Made by a program: the position numbers and the translations under genes. Below are positions 55,914-64,000 of a DNA stretch of 64,000 bases, piece after piece (within the stretch, counting starts at the first letter, position 1; each line of letters begins with the position of its first letter). Origin of the DNA: Chloroflexota bacterium (lineage in GTDB: Bacteria > Chloroflexota > Anaerolineae > UBA2200); NCBI GenBank assembly GCA_030607875.1, contig JAUWJD010000009.1, forward strand, positions 29,169 to 93,168, in the 5' to 3' direction. Under the pieces are notes generated by a model that was not told where the DNA came from, did not search any database, and saw only the letters and a program-made list of their open reading frames with translations.

Positions 55914-57284
55914 TTACTTGAAGATGTAGTACGTCGCCCGCTTCTGACCGATCTTTAACAGGATGCTACGGCTGACCAAATCGGCCAGATCGCGCCGTAT
56001 CGTCTCCGCGCTTACGTCCGGACACAGCTCTTGATACTCACGGTTGGCGATGCGCTCGTGCTCGCTCAAGTACTCCAGCGCCCTCATCTGGCGCTCATTC
56101 AGTCCCATGAGCCGCCATTGGCGATACCTGCTTCCCTTCTCAGAAAAAAAGTCCTCGCCATGCCCATATAGCGTGACCACAAAGCCATTGGCCGTCTCCC
56201 GAAATTGTGGTGGGGGCAGGCCTTCTTCAGCCATGAGCTTGATCATGCGATCTATACCGTAGCCCAGCCGTTCGACAAAGCCCATGTCTGAGAGCACTTG
56301 CACAATCACCTGGTTGCGGGAGAATCGCTCATCGACGATGTTATCAACTGTGACGTGGCCGGGCAGCCGACCGGGACTGTAGAATTCGATGCGATCGCTG
56401 AATATGGAGACGCGGATTCCATCGCCATGCAGGCTGTAGTCACGGTGAGCCACAGCATTCACGATGGCTTCACGTACAGCTTTCACTGGGTATTCGAGGC
56501 GATCCTCACGTTGCAGGGCGGAAAGCCGGGCTCCCGTACGCAGATTAGCCAGCACAGCACTCTCCACACGACGAACCTGTTCCGGCAGCGTGTCTCGGAT
56601 GTCTTCGCGCACAAACTCGTCGCTCATCTCGCGGCCGGCATAACGCACCACGACGACTTCGTTGTTGAGAAAGCGCTCGATATCCCTGGCAAAGAGCAGC
56701 AGGCCAGCCATCGTCGGATGCATCCCTTTGCGCCCGGCCAGGCGGCCCCGTTTGAGCAGCGCCTCCTGGGGCGTCAAGGCAGCCAGAGCAGGCACGGATT
56801 CCAGGTATCGATTGATCTTGTCTGCATCAAGATCATCGATCGTCGCTTCATCGACCTGATGCGACTCAAAGCTGGTCCCGCCTCGCTCCACCAGCAAACG
56901 GCGCAGTTGGCGCGGTGTCAATGGCTGATTCCGTGTACCAGACCGCATCAGGTACTTGCCGTCGACAGAGTAGACATGCGACAGTCCGCGAGGGAGCTCA
57001 ATCGACAGCAACTGAAGGCCATCGTGCGTCTCGGCAACTCGAGGCAGGGGGATGATCAAGAGAGGCTCGCAAAGCAGAGCGGCTTGGAACACGCGATCAC
57101 GCGCCTCGTCTACATCATCCAAACCTTGAACCTGTCTACTGCGCGGAGAGACGCCGAACAGTATCATCCCGCCCTGGCTGTTAGCCATCGCTGCCATTGT
57201 CTCCGCTAGGCGTCGGCTCGAGGTGCGTTGGGGGAAGAATTCCAAGTGGGCGCCACGCCGTTGTTCCAGCAAGGTCTTTATCAT
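55914..57284 (-). CDS. AlbA_2 (Schlafen-like) + HATPase_c_4 + C-terminal HTH putative transcriptional regulator
   Basis: The N-terminal AlbA_2 signature is GAHLEFFPQRTSSRRLAETMAAMANSQGGMILFGV. The C-terminal third is ATPase-like with a winged HTH. Confidence 0.6.
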   Translation of the reverse strand: MIKTLLEQRRGAHLEFFPQRTSSRRLAETMAAMANSQGGMILFGVSPRSRQVQGLDDVDEARDRVFQAALLCEPLLIIPLPRVAETHDGLQLLSIELPRGLSHVYSVDGKYLMRSGTRNQPLTPRQLRRLLVERGGTSFESHQVDEATIDDLDADKINRYLESVPALAALTPQEALLKRGRLAGRKGMHPTMAGLLLFARDIERFLNNEVVVVRYAGREMSDEFVREDIRDTLPEQVRRVESAVLANLRTGARLSALQREDRLEYPVKAVREAIVNAVAHRDYSLHGDGIRVSIFSDRIEFYSPGRLPGHVTVDNIVDERFSRNQVIVQVLSDMGFVERLGYGIDRMIKLMAEEGLPPPQFRETANGFVVTLYGHGEDFFSEKGSRYRQWRLMGLNERQMRALEYLSEHERIANREYQELCPDVSAETIRRDLADLVSRSILLKIGQKRATYYIFK

Positions 57285-57327
57285 CTGCGAGCACGCTCAT
57301 TTTGCAGCCAGGCGTAGGTACTCAGCC

Positions 57328-58416
57328 CTACGACTGAGGATAGTCCATCTTCCAGCGACCAGCGACACGAATCATCGTCCAGCGCACCTCGGTCAGGGAG
57401 CTGAGCTCGTCGCTGGTCGAACGAAACTGAACCTTCACAGTGACAATCGTGGATTGGGTATCATCCTGAGTTGGGTAGTAACTCAATTCCTTGACCACGG
57501 CCCACTTGATCTCATTGAGCGGGAAAGGCGACCCGTACTTCAGCTTGCCTTCCTGAAACTCGGCGGCGGCCTGTGTGCTCAGGTAATCGACGTGCTTTGG
57601 CTGCGGATCGGTCTTCCCAAAAGTCCTGTAGAATGCGAGTACAATCTTCTCTGCATAGGGGGTATCCAGAATGTCAGTAGGGATTCCTGCCGGAAAGTCA
57701 ATGATCGCCGCGAATGGCGACACCAAGGTGTTCGTACCTGTGATAAAGTAGCCGTCAGCCTCAGGCCTGTAAAAGTGCTTCCTCACTAAATCACTGCGTT
57801 CGTAGCCAGTACGGCTGGTCACGCTGACCTCGAGTGTGTTCTCATCAAAATGAACACCATCCGGACTGCGGAAGAAACCAATGCACCGGTACAAGGGCGG
57901 GTTGTCCGTGGGTGGCGGCCCTGGATCACGGGTGAGGCGGAAGAAGGCCAGATCAGTCTTGGTCTTGGTGCGAAAGACCAACTCCTTACGTGGCACACCA
58001 CCTGACTCCGGCACCAGATCCACAAGGGTCACTTCGGGTTTGTCTTGCGCCAAGTAGTTCTCATACGGAGCACGCAGTTTGTACGGATAGACAACAGGCA
58101 ACTGTATGGCCGGATCAAACACTACGTCGTAGATCAGGGCAGCCACGGGCCCACGGTCATTAACCTGGTCGAAGCGATAGAAAGTCAGCCACTCGTCCAC
58201 TCCGTCGCTATCGGTATCCAGTCGCTGTACACCCAATATGTTCTTGCCGCGCAAAACGTCTCTGGAGATGGCAATCACGTACTCCGGCAGTCCTTCTTCC
58301 ACAGTGCAGGCAGGCAACAGAACAGTAAGGAGAAGCATCACTGCGACGAGGCGAGCCAAACGGAATGCGCAGTGCTGTTGTCGCCCCGTCTTACGAAGGT
58401 TTCGTCTTCTGACCAT
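57328..58416 (-). CDS. hypothetical lipoprotein
   Basis: The start at MVRRRNLRK gives a positively charged n-region, an h-region and an LLPAC lipobox. The function cannot be assigned. The start overlaps the lon stop by about 26 nt. Confidence 0.5.
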   Translation of the reverse strand: MVRRRNLRKTGRQQHCAFRLARLVAVMLLLTVLLPACTVEEGLPEYVIAISRDVLRGKNILGVQRLDTDSDGVDEWLTFYRFDQVNDRGPVAALIYDVVFDPAIQLPVVYPYKLRAPYENYLAQDKPEVTLVDLVPESGGVPRKELVFRTKTKTDLAFFRLTRDPGPPPTDNPPLYRCIGFFRSPDGVHFDENTLEVSVTSRTGYERSDLVRKHFYRPEADGYFITGTNTLVSPFAAIIDFPAGIPTDILDTPYAEKIVLAFYRTFGKTDPQPKHVDYLSTQAAAEFQEGKLKYGSPFPLNEIKWAVVKELSYYPTQDDTQSTIVTVKVQFRSTSDELSSLTEVRWTMIRVAGRWKMDYPQS

Positions 58417-60838
58417 GTTGTTCCACACTCCCCGTGTTCTTGGCCGAGGCAGCCTGCTTCCGGGTCTTGACCTGCCGTGACGGGAGGAGGGCCACCGGCA
58501 CAACCTCGTCCATCCGTTCCACGAACACAAAGTTGAGGCCCCGTTGAACTTTGCGGGGGATGTCCACCAAGTCTTTTTGGTTCCTCTTGGGCAGCAGCAC
58601 AGTCTTTAGCCCAGCTCGATATGCCGCCAGCACTTTTTCCCGTAGGCCACCAATCGGCAGTATGCGACCGCGCAAGGTGATCTCACCCGTCATGCCAACC
58701 TCGCGGTGAACAGGCCGATGGCTCAGAGCAGAAAGCAAAGCCGTAGCGATCGTAATGCCGGCAGACGGCCCATCCTTAGGAATAGCTCCTTCGGGCACAT
58801 GGACGTGGAGGTCTATGCGCTCAAAATCAATGTTCTGGATGCTGAGCTGGCTGGCATGCGCTCTCGTATAGCTTAGAGCCGCCTGGGCTGATTCCTGCAT
58901 GACGTTACCCAATTGCCCCGTCAGCAGCAGGTTGCCTTTGCCGGGCATCACTGTCACCTCAACCGAGATGATATCGCCGCCGGCCGCCGTCCACGAGAGG
59001 CCAGTCGCGACGCCCACTTCGTCTGCTTCCTCAGCCTTACCATATAAAAACTGCGGAGGGCCAAGGTGCTTGGGCAGAGTTCGCGGCAGGATGTAGCGAG
59101 GCGCACGTTTGCCTCCCGCCACCGATTTGGCCACCTTACGGCAGACCGTAGCAATGGCGCGCTCCAGGTTTCGCACACCAGCCTCGTACGTGTATTCGCG
59201 GCTCATGCGTCGCAGGGTCTCGACTGGGAAATGAAGCCGCGTTAGCCCGTGCTGTTCCAGTTGACGCGGTACGAGAAACTGCCTGGCAATCTCGATCTTC
59301 TCCTCTTCGATATAGCCAACAAAACCGATGACCTCCAGACGGTCGCGCAGCGCAGGCGGAACAGGACTGAGAATGTTCGCCGTAGTGATAAACATCACTT
59401 TGGAAAGATCGTATGGCACCTCCAGATAGTGATCTGAGAAGGAGTGATTCTGTTCTGGATCCAGGACTTCTAGCAAGGCAGCGGAAGGGTCTCCCCGGAA
59501 ATCGATTCCCAGCTTGTCGATCTCATCCAACATAAAGACAGGATTGATTGTGCCTGCACGGCGCATGGTTTGGATGATACGACCAGGCATGGCGCCGACA
59601 TAGGTGCGACGATGACCGCGAATCTCGGCCTCGTCGCGGATCCCCCCAAGACTGACGCGCACAAAACTGCGTCCCAAGGTTTCAGCAATAGACTTGCCCA
59701 AGGAGGTCTTGCCAGTCCCCGGCGCGCCCACAAAGCACAGGATGGTGCTGCCCATTTTGTCCGGCGCAAGCTTGCGGACGGCAATGTACTCCAGGATGCG
59801 CTCCTTTGCCTTGGCCAATCCGTAATGATTCTTGTTCAGGGTTTCAGTAGCTTGGGCGATATCCAGGTTGTCCTCACTGCCATTTGCCCACGGTAAATCC
59901 AACAGCCAATCGATGTAGGTGCGGATAACGCTAAACTCTGGGGCGGCCGGGGCCATACCTGCCAGGCGGCCCAGTTCCTTCTCCGCTCTTTGGCGAACCT
60001 CCTCCGGCATCTGAGCTTCGGCGATCTTCTGCTGCAGCTCGGCGATTTCCTGGGTCAGGGGATCGCTTTCGCCCAACTCGTGCTGGATGGCACGCATCTG
60101 CTCACGCAGAAAATACTCCCGCTGGCTTTTGTCCACTTCTTGCTGCACCTGCGAATGGATGCGGCTTTCCAGCTCCAGCACATCTAGTTCCTTGGCCAGC
60201 AGCACGCTGGTTCTTTCCAGGCGGGCAATGGGATCCACAATCTCCAGCAGTTCCTGTCGCCCGCCTGAATCCAGGTTGAGGTTGGAAGCCACCGAATCGG
60301 CAAGCCAGCCAGGGTCGTTGACGTTCATGGCCATGACGAAAGCGTCGTCGGGAATGCTTCGACTCAGGCGCACGACCTTCTCAAACAAAGTCAATACGGC
60401 ACGCATCAGCGCCTCGGTTGGAAGGGAAGGCTCGACTGCCTCCACCACAGGAAGCACGCGCGCCATAAGATAGGGCGTCTTCTTCACCAGCTTCAAGAGC
60501 CGCAGACGCCTGTAGCCCTGCACAAAGACACTCGTGGTCTGATCCGGCATGCGCCAAACACGCCCGATGACCGCCTCCGTCCCCAGCTTGTAGAGATCAT
60601 CCTCCACTGGATCGCGAACGTTGGCGTCGGTCTGAGCAAACACCGCGATCCGCCCATCGCCAGCCATGGCAGCTTCCACAGCCTTCACAGATCGATCGCG
60701 GCTGATGAACAGAGGAGCAGCGACACGAGGAAAGAGCACGGTGTCCCGCACCGGCAACAGAGGGAGCTCGTTTGCTTCCGTGTTCTGCTCAAGCGAGACA
60801 TGGGTCGCGAACCGGCTCAAGTCCCAATCATCTATCAT
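58391..60838 (-). CDS. lon: ATP-dependent Lon protease
   Basis: The ORF is 815 aa with an N-terminal LON domain, an AAA+ Walker A (GAPGTGKTS) and a C-terminal Ser-Lys protease domain (PKDGPSAG). Confidence 0.9.
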   Translation of the reverse strand: MIDDWDLSRFATHVSLEQNTEANELPLLPVRDTVLFPRVAAPLFISRDRSVKAVEAAMAGDGRIAVFAQTDANVRDPVEDDLYKLGTEAVIGRVWRMPDQTTSVFVQGYRRLRLLKLVKKTPYLMARVLPVVEAVEPSLPTEALMRAVLTLFEKVVRLSRSIPDDAFVMAMNVNDPGWLADSVASNLNLDSGGRQELLEIVDPIARLERTSVLLAKELDVLELESRIHSQVQQEVDKSQREYFLREQMRAIQHELGESDPLTQEIAELQQKIAEAQMPEEVRQRAEKELGRLAGMAPAAPEFSVIRTYIDWLLDLPWANGSEDNLDIAQATETLNKNHYGLAKAKERILEYIAVRKLAPDKMGSTILCFVGAPGTGKTSLGKSIAETLGRSFVRVSLGGIRDEAEIRGHRRTYVGAMPGRIIQTMRRAGTINPVFMLDEIDKLGIDFRGDPSAALLEVLDPEQNHSFSDHYLEVPYDLSKVMFITTANILSPVPPALRDRLEVIGFVGYIEEEKIEIARQFLVPRQLEQHGLTRLHFPVETLRRMSREYTYEAGVRNLERAIATVCRKVAKSVAGGKRAPRYILPRTLPKHLGPPQFLYGKAEEADEVGVATGLSWTAAGGDIISVEVTVMPGKGNLLLTGQLGNVMQESAQAALSYTRAHASQLSIQNIDFERIDLHVHVPEGAIPKDGPSAGITIATALLSALSHRPVHREVGMTGEITLRGRILPIGGLREKVLAAYRAGLKTVLLPKRNQKDLVDIPRKVQRGLNFVFVERMDEVVPVALLPSRQVKTRKQAASAKNTGSVEQHGQKTKPS

Positions 60839-61244
60839 TAAACGTAATCAGCCTCCATAAAGCGTAGCGCTACTATACCACATTTTGCATGAAATGCATA
60901 GCTTCATCGCGTACACAGGGCAGGGCAATCGCATTTGGATTCTGGAGCTCCAAAATACGGCTGTGATCCGTCAGAAGCGGGCACTTTGCTGGCCTGGACA
61001 GGCCATACCCGGCTCCCCGATTCCTATCACCAGCAAGAAAGGGCACGAAATGAGTCGAGACAACACGGCAAAGCTTCCGAAAATCATTGTAGCAGGCCGT
61101 TCTCGAGTTCAAACGCGACTGCTCTGCCGGACCACAATACGTGCTTGCTTCCAGCAGGACTGTGCAGTAGAATTGAATGCAGAAATTGGCTAACACGTCC
61201 CGAGGGCCGGCTGCGCTCGGAGAACGAATGGGAGGAACCACACC

Positions 61245-61589
61245 ATGAAGGTGCAACACTATTCGAACGTCCCAGCAGAAGAAGTAACCTCAGCACCGGG
61301 AGTCACAATCCGCTGGCTCATCGCACAGAGCAGTGGGGCCAGCAACTTTGCCATGCGCGTCATCAAGGTACAGCCCGGTGCGGCGACTCCACTGCACACA
61401 CACCCCTTCGAGCATGAGGCCTACGTACTGCAAGGCGTGGGCGGGCTGCGCATCGCAGACAGGGAAGAGCCCCTGCGGGTCGGCAGTTTCGCCTTTGTGC
61501 CGCCCGACATCACGCACCAGTTCATCAATCGAGGTGAATCACCTCTGCGGTTTATCTGCGTCATACCCATGCCGGATGAGGAGCACTAG
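61245..61589 (+). CDS. cupin domain protein
   Basis: The ORF is 114 aa with a two-His/Glu cupin motif (PLHTHPFEHEAYVLQG ... PPDITHQFIN). Confidence 0.7.
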   Translation: MKVQHYSNVPAEEVTSAPGVTIRWLIAQSSGASNFAMRVIKVQPGAATPLHTHPFEHEAYVLQGVGGLRIADREEPLRVGSFAFVPPDITHQFINRGESPLRFICVIPMPDEEH

Positions 61590-61592
61590 ACG

Positions 61593-62117
61593 ATGGCTAT
61601 TTACGAATTCGAGGAGCGCAAACCAAGAGTAGGACAAGGGACCTATGTGCACCCTTCTGCAGACGTTATCGGAGCTGTAACCATCGGCGAAAACTGCTGG
61701 ATTGGGCCCGGAGCGCGCCTCCGCGGCGACTATGGCGTGATCATCTTGGGTGATAGTACAAGCATCGAAGACAACTGTGTCATACATGCACGGCCCGGCG
61801 GGATGACACGCATTGGCAACCACGTGACCATCGGCCACGGCTGCGTGATCCACAACGCCACCATCCACGACTATGCGGTGATCGGAATGGGATCGGTGGT
61901 CAGCGATTGGGCTGACGTTGGCCAGTGGGCCATCGTGGCAGAGGGGGCAGTGGTCAGACAGCGACAACAGATCCCCACTGAGCGCATCGCCGTTGGCGTC
62001 CCGGCCAAGCTCCTGGACAAGCAAGTTAGTGAGGACTATAAGGCAGAATGGTCGCATTTCAAGAACACATACGCAGACCTGGCGAGGAGATATCCCAAGG
62101 GTTTGAAGGAGACTTGA
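61593..62117 (+). CDS. gamma-carbonic-anhydrase-like / hexapeptide-repeat protein (PaaY/CaiE family)
   Basis: Left-handed beta-helix hexapeptide repeats with His residues at the gamma-CA metal positions (IHARPGG, IGHGCVIHNA). Confidence 0.75.
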   Translation: MAIYEFEERKPRVGQGTYVHPSADVIGAVTIGENCWIGPGARLRGDYGVIILGDSTSIEDNCVIHARPGGMTRIGNHVTIGHGCVIHNATIHDYAVIGMGSVVSDWADVGQWAIVAEGAVVRQRQQIPTERIAVGVPAKLLDKQVSEDYKAEWSHFKNTYADLARRYPKGLKET

Positions 62118-63145
62118 TGCACGAAGCAAGGCTCTATGAGAAGCTGGATGAAGCCAAAGTAAAGTGCCATTTATGCGCGCACCGCTGCACAATTGCCGAC
62201 GGCAAACGGGGTATCTGCCAGGTGCGAGAGAACCGGGGAGGCGTGCTCTACAGTCTGGTGTATGGCCTGGCCATTTCCCAGGCCATCGATCCGGTGGAAA
62301 AAAAGCCCCTCTTCCACTTTTACCCCGGCTCCAAGGCCTTCTCATTTGCCACAGTCGGCTGCAACTTCCATTGTTCGTTCTGCCAGAACTGGCAGATTTC
62401 ACAGATGGTTCGAGACGAGGGCCGCCTGATGGGCCATGATGCTTCGCCAGACCACCTCGCTTCCGCTGCCCACCACTATGGTTGCAAGAGCATCGCTTAT
62501 ACCTACACGGAACCGACGATTTTCTTCGAATACGCCTATGATACGGCTGTGAAAGCTGCCAGGTGGGGCATCAAGAGCATCTACGTGACCAATGGCTACA
62601 TGACAGAGGAGATGCTGGACGCATTTGGGCCTCATCTTCATGCCGCCAACGTGGACTTGAAATCCTTCAGCGATGACTTTTACCGCAGAACCTGCGGCGC
62701 TCGCCTGCAACCCGTTCTGGACACGCTCAAGGCCATGAAGAAGAGAGGCATCTGGGTGGAGATCACCACTTTAGTGGTGCCTGGTGAGAATGACTCGGAG
62801 GAAGAACTCACTCATTTGGCCGAATTCATTGCCCAAGAGGTGGGCGTAGATACACCCTGGCACGTCAGCCGATTCCACCCAGACTACCAGATGCAGGATG
62901 GACGCCAAGCCACACCCATCTCAACATTGCAGCGCGCTCGTGATATTGGCCTGCAGGCTGGATTGCGCTACGTCTACGAAGGCAACGTGCCTGGCAGTGA
63001 TGGGGAAAGCACCTACTGCTACAATTGCCACAACCTGCTGATCCGACGCCATGGCTTTGGCATCCTGGAGAACCTCATTCTCCCAGGATCCAAGTGCCCA
63101 TTCTGTGGAGTGATCATTGCCGGCGTGGGTCTGGCCGGAGAGTAA
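62117..63145 (+). CDS. radical SAM enzyme, PFL-activase-like (AmmeMemoRadiSam-type)
   Basis: The ATG overlaps the preceding stop (TGATG). Has a CNFHCSFCQNW CxxxCxxC cluster plus an N-terminal CHLCAHRC...C Cys cluster, and is 342 aa. Confidence 0.75.
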   Translation: MHEARLYEKLDEAKVKCHLCAHRCTIADGKRGICQVRENRGGVLYSLVYGLAISQAIDPVEKKPLFHFYPGSKAFSFATVGCNFHCSFCQNWQISQMVRDEGRLMGHDASPDHLASAAHHYGCKSIAYTYTEPTIFFEYAYDTAVKAARWGIKSIYVTNGYMTEEMLDAFGPHLHAANVDLKSFSDDFYRRTCGARLQPVLDTLKAMKKRGIWVEITTLVVPGENDSEEELTHLAEFIAQEVGVDTPWHVSRFHPDYQMQDGRQATPISTLQRARDIGLQAGLRYVYEGNVPGSDGESTYCYNCHNLLIRRHGFGILENLILPGSKCPFCGVIIAGVGLAGE

Positions 63146-63167
63146 ATCCAGACTCACCACTCCACTA

Positions 63168-63220
63168 CAGACACCAAGAGAGGCCAGCCTTCTGGCCTCT
63201 CTTGGTGTCTGTACTTTGCG
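63168..63220. terminator. long perfect hairpin between convergent genes
   Basis: ACAGACACCAAGAGAGGCCAG-CCTT-CTGGCCTCTCTTGGTGTCTGT forms a 21-bp stem. Confidence 0.6.
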
Positions 63221-63322
63221 GCAGAGTAGCATTCTATCTCATCAGACGAACAGGACATTGGTGCTGCACCGTTGCGACTGGCACCTTGCCGAGATCACAC
63301 CATCAGTCGGTGGCCGCTGCTA

Positions 63323-64000
63323 CTATTTCACCCTGTGGCATGCTACCCAGTGCTCGCCGCCTACGTCTATGAACTCGGGCTCATCGACATCGCAGGTTCC
63401 GGCGATCTTGACCGGGCAACGGGGGTGGAAGTTGCATCCCTTGGGCGGGTTGGCCGGGCTGGGCACGTCCCCTGGCAGGATGATGCGCTGGCGCTTCTCC
63501 TCAACAACCGGGTCGGGAATAGGCACGGCGGAGAGCAAGGCTTGCGTATAGGGGTGAAGCGGATTCTCGTACAATTTCGCACGCGTGGGCAACTCCACAA
63601 TCTTGCCCAGGTACATCACCGCTACCCGGTCGCTGATGTGCTTGACCACAGACAGGTCGTGAGCGATAAAAAGGTAGGTCAGGTGGAACTCAGCCTGTAG
63701 CTCCTCCAGCAAGTTGATAATCTGCGCCTGGATGGATACGTCGAGGGCGGAGATGGGCTCATCGCAGACGATAAAGTCCGGCTGTACCGCCAAGGCCCTC
63801 GCAACTCCAATACGCTGGCGCTGCCCTCCTGAGAATTCGTGCGGATAGCGGTTGACGAAGTAGCGGTTCAAGCCGACGACTTCCAACAAGTCCATAACCC
63901 GCTCGCGCAGGGCCTTACCCTTGAGGATGTGATGCACCTCAAGGGGCTCGCTCACGATGTCGCCCACCGTCATGCGTGGGTTCAGGGAAGCGTATGGGTC
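63323..64000 (-). CDS. oligopeptide/dipeptide ABC transporter ATP-binding protein (OppF/DppF-like), 5' end outside the window
   Basis: The frame stays open to the window edge (...[16 protein letters not shown]). Has the ABC signature FSGGQRQR, Walker B (IVCDEP) and the C-terminal oligopeptide_ABC tail ([11 protein letters not shown]). Confidence 0.8.
   Translation of the reverse strand, partial: DPYASLNPRMTVGDIVSEPLEVHHILKGKALRERVMDLLEVVGLNRYFVNRYPHEFSGGQRQRIGVARALAVQPDFIVCDEPISALDVSIQAQIINLLEELQAEFHLTYLFIAHDLSVVKHISDRVAVMYLGKIVELPTRAKLYENPLHPYTQALLSAVPIPDPVVEEKRQRIILPGDVPSPANPPKGCNFHPRCPVKIAGTCDVDEPEFIDVGGEHWVACHRVK

Noticed and set aside
57328-58530. Longest form of the hypothetical lipoprotein ORF (400 aa)
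   Set aside because: The first 38 codons overlap the lon coding sequence by more than 100 nt. A start at 58416 gives a canonical lipoprotein signal, so the longer form is rejected.

Overview
This is a high-GC (about 60%) bacterial chromosomal window that is densely coding on both strands. No rRNA, CRISPR array, transposase or integrase is visible. The gene content points to a Chloroflexota-like organism (fused glyQS, dnaG-rpoD pair, Thr/Pro-rich linkers, many TET/M42 peptidases), but this is a low-confidence guess.

From left to right the window holds the following.

1. A minus-strand carbohydrate/aldehyde operon: SCP2 protein, D-2-hydroxyacid dehydrogenase, LsrK-like FGGY kinase, class II aldolase and a tungsten-type aldehyde:ferredoxin oxidoreductase. 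A divergent tandem-HTH XRE regulator sits next to it.
2. A lipoprotein phosphodiesterase and a sugar-type solute-binding lipoprotein with no partner ABC genes.
3. Housekeeping genes: fused glyQS, ppdK, dnaG, rpoD, trxA, lon, tRNA-Asn(GTT), plsC and rsmD.
4. A 1392-aa secreted multidomain protein: DUF11, a GH clan-A catalytic domain, two CBM-like repeats and a YVTN beta-propeller.
5. Four M42/TET aminopeptidase paralogues, three of them in tandem, plus a 5' gene remnant.
6. The most unusual locus: an ECF sigma/anti-sigma pair followed by an OppB-like permease and an OppC-like permease fused, through an extra TM helix, to an M28 aminopeptidase.
7. A tight minus-strand operon with no established function: LipB, a stand-alone lipoyl-domain protein, an SDR, an amidohydrolase-2, UPF0261 and a PF09370 TIM-barrel protein. 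A DUF362 gene lies immediately upstream on the same strand, separated by a 110-nt gap.
8. That operon, the frameshifted SDR and an 870-bp non-coding stretch lie between roughly 90%-identical direct copies of the M42 5' end. A frameshifted SDR gene and a small tandem duplication also occur in this segment.
9. A GH38 alpha-mannosidase carrying an in-frame 87-bp tandem/palindromic repeat, and a MrfA-like DEXH/DUF1998 helicase.
10. A CsoR-FmdB-TrxA-ferredoxin mini-operon, a GT-C/GT2 envelope gene pair, an AlbA_2-domain protein, and a cupin / gamma-CA-like / radical-SAM trio.
11. A conserved ~100-nt upstream element occurs three times, ahead of unrelated plus-strand genes.

All domain assignments below come from reading motifs in the translations. 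No HMM or database search was run.
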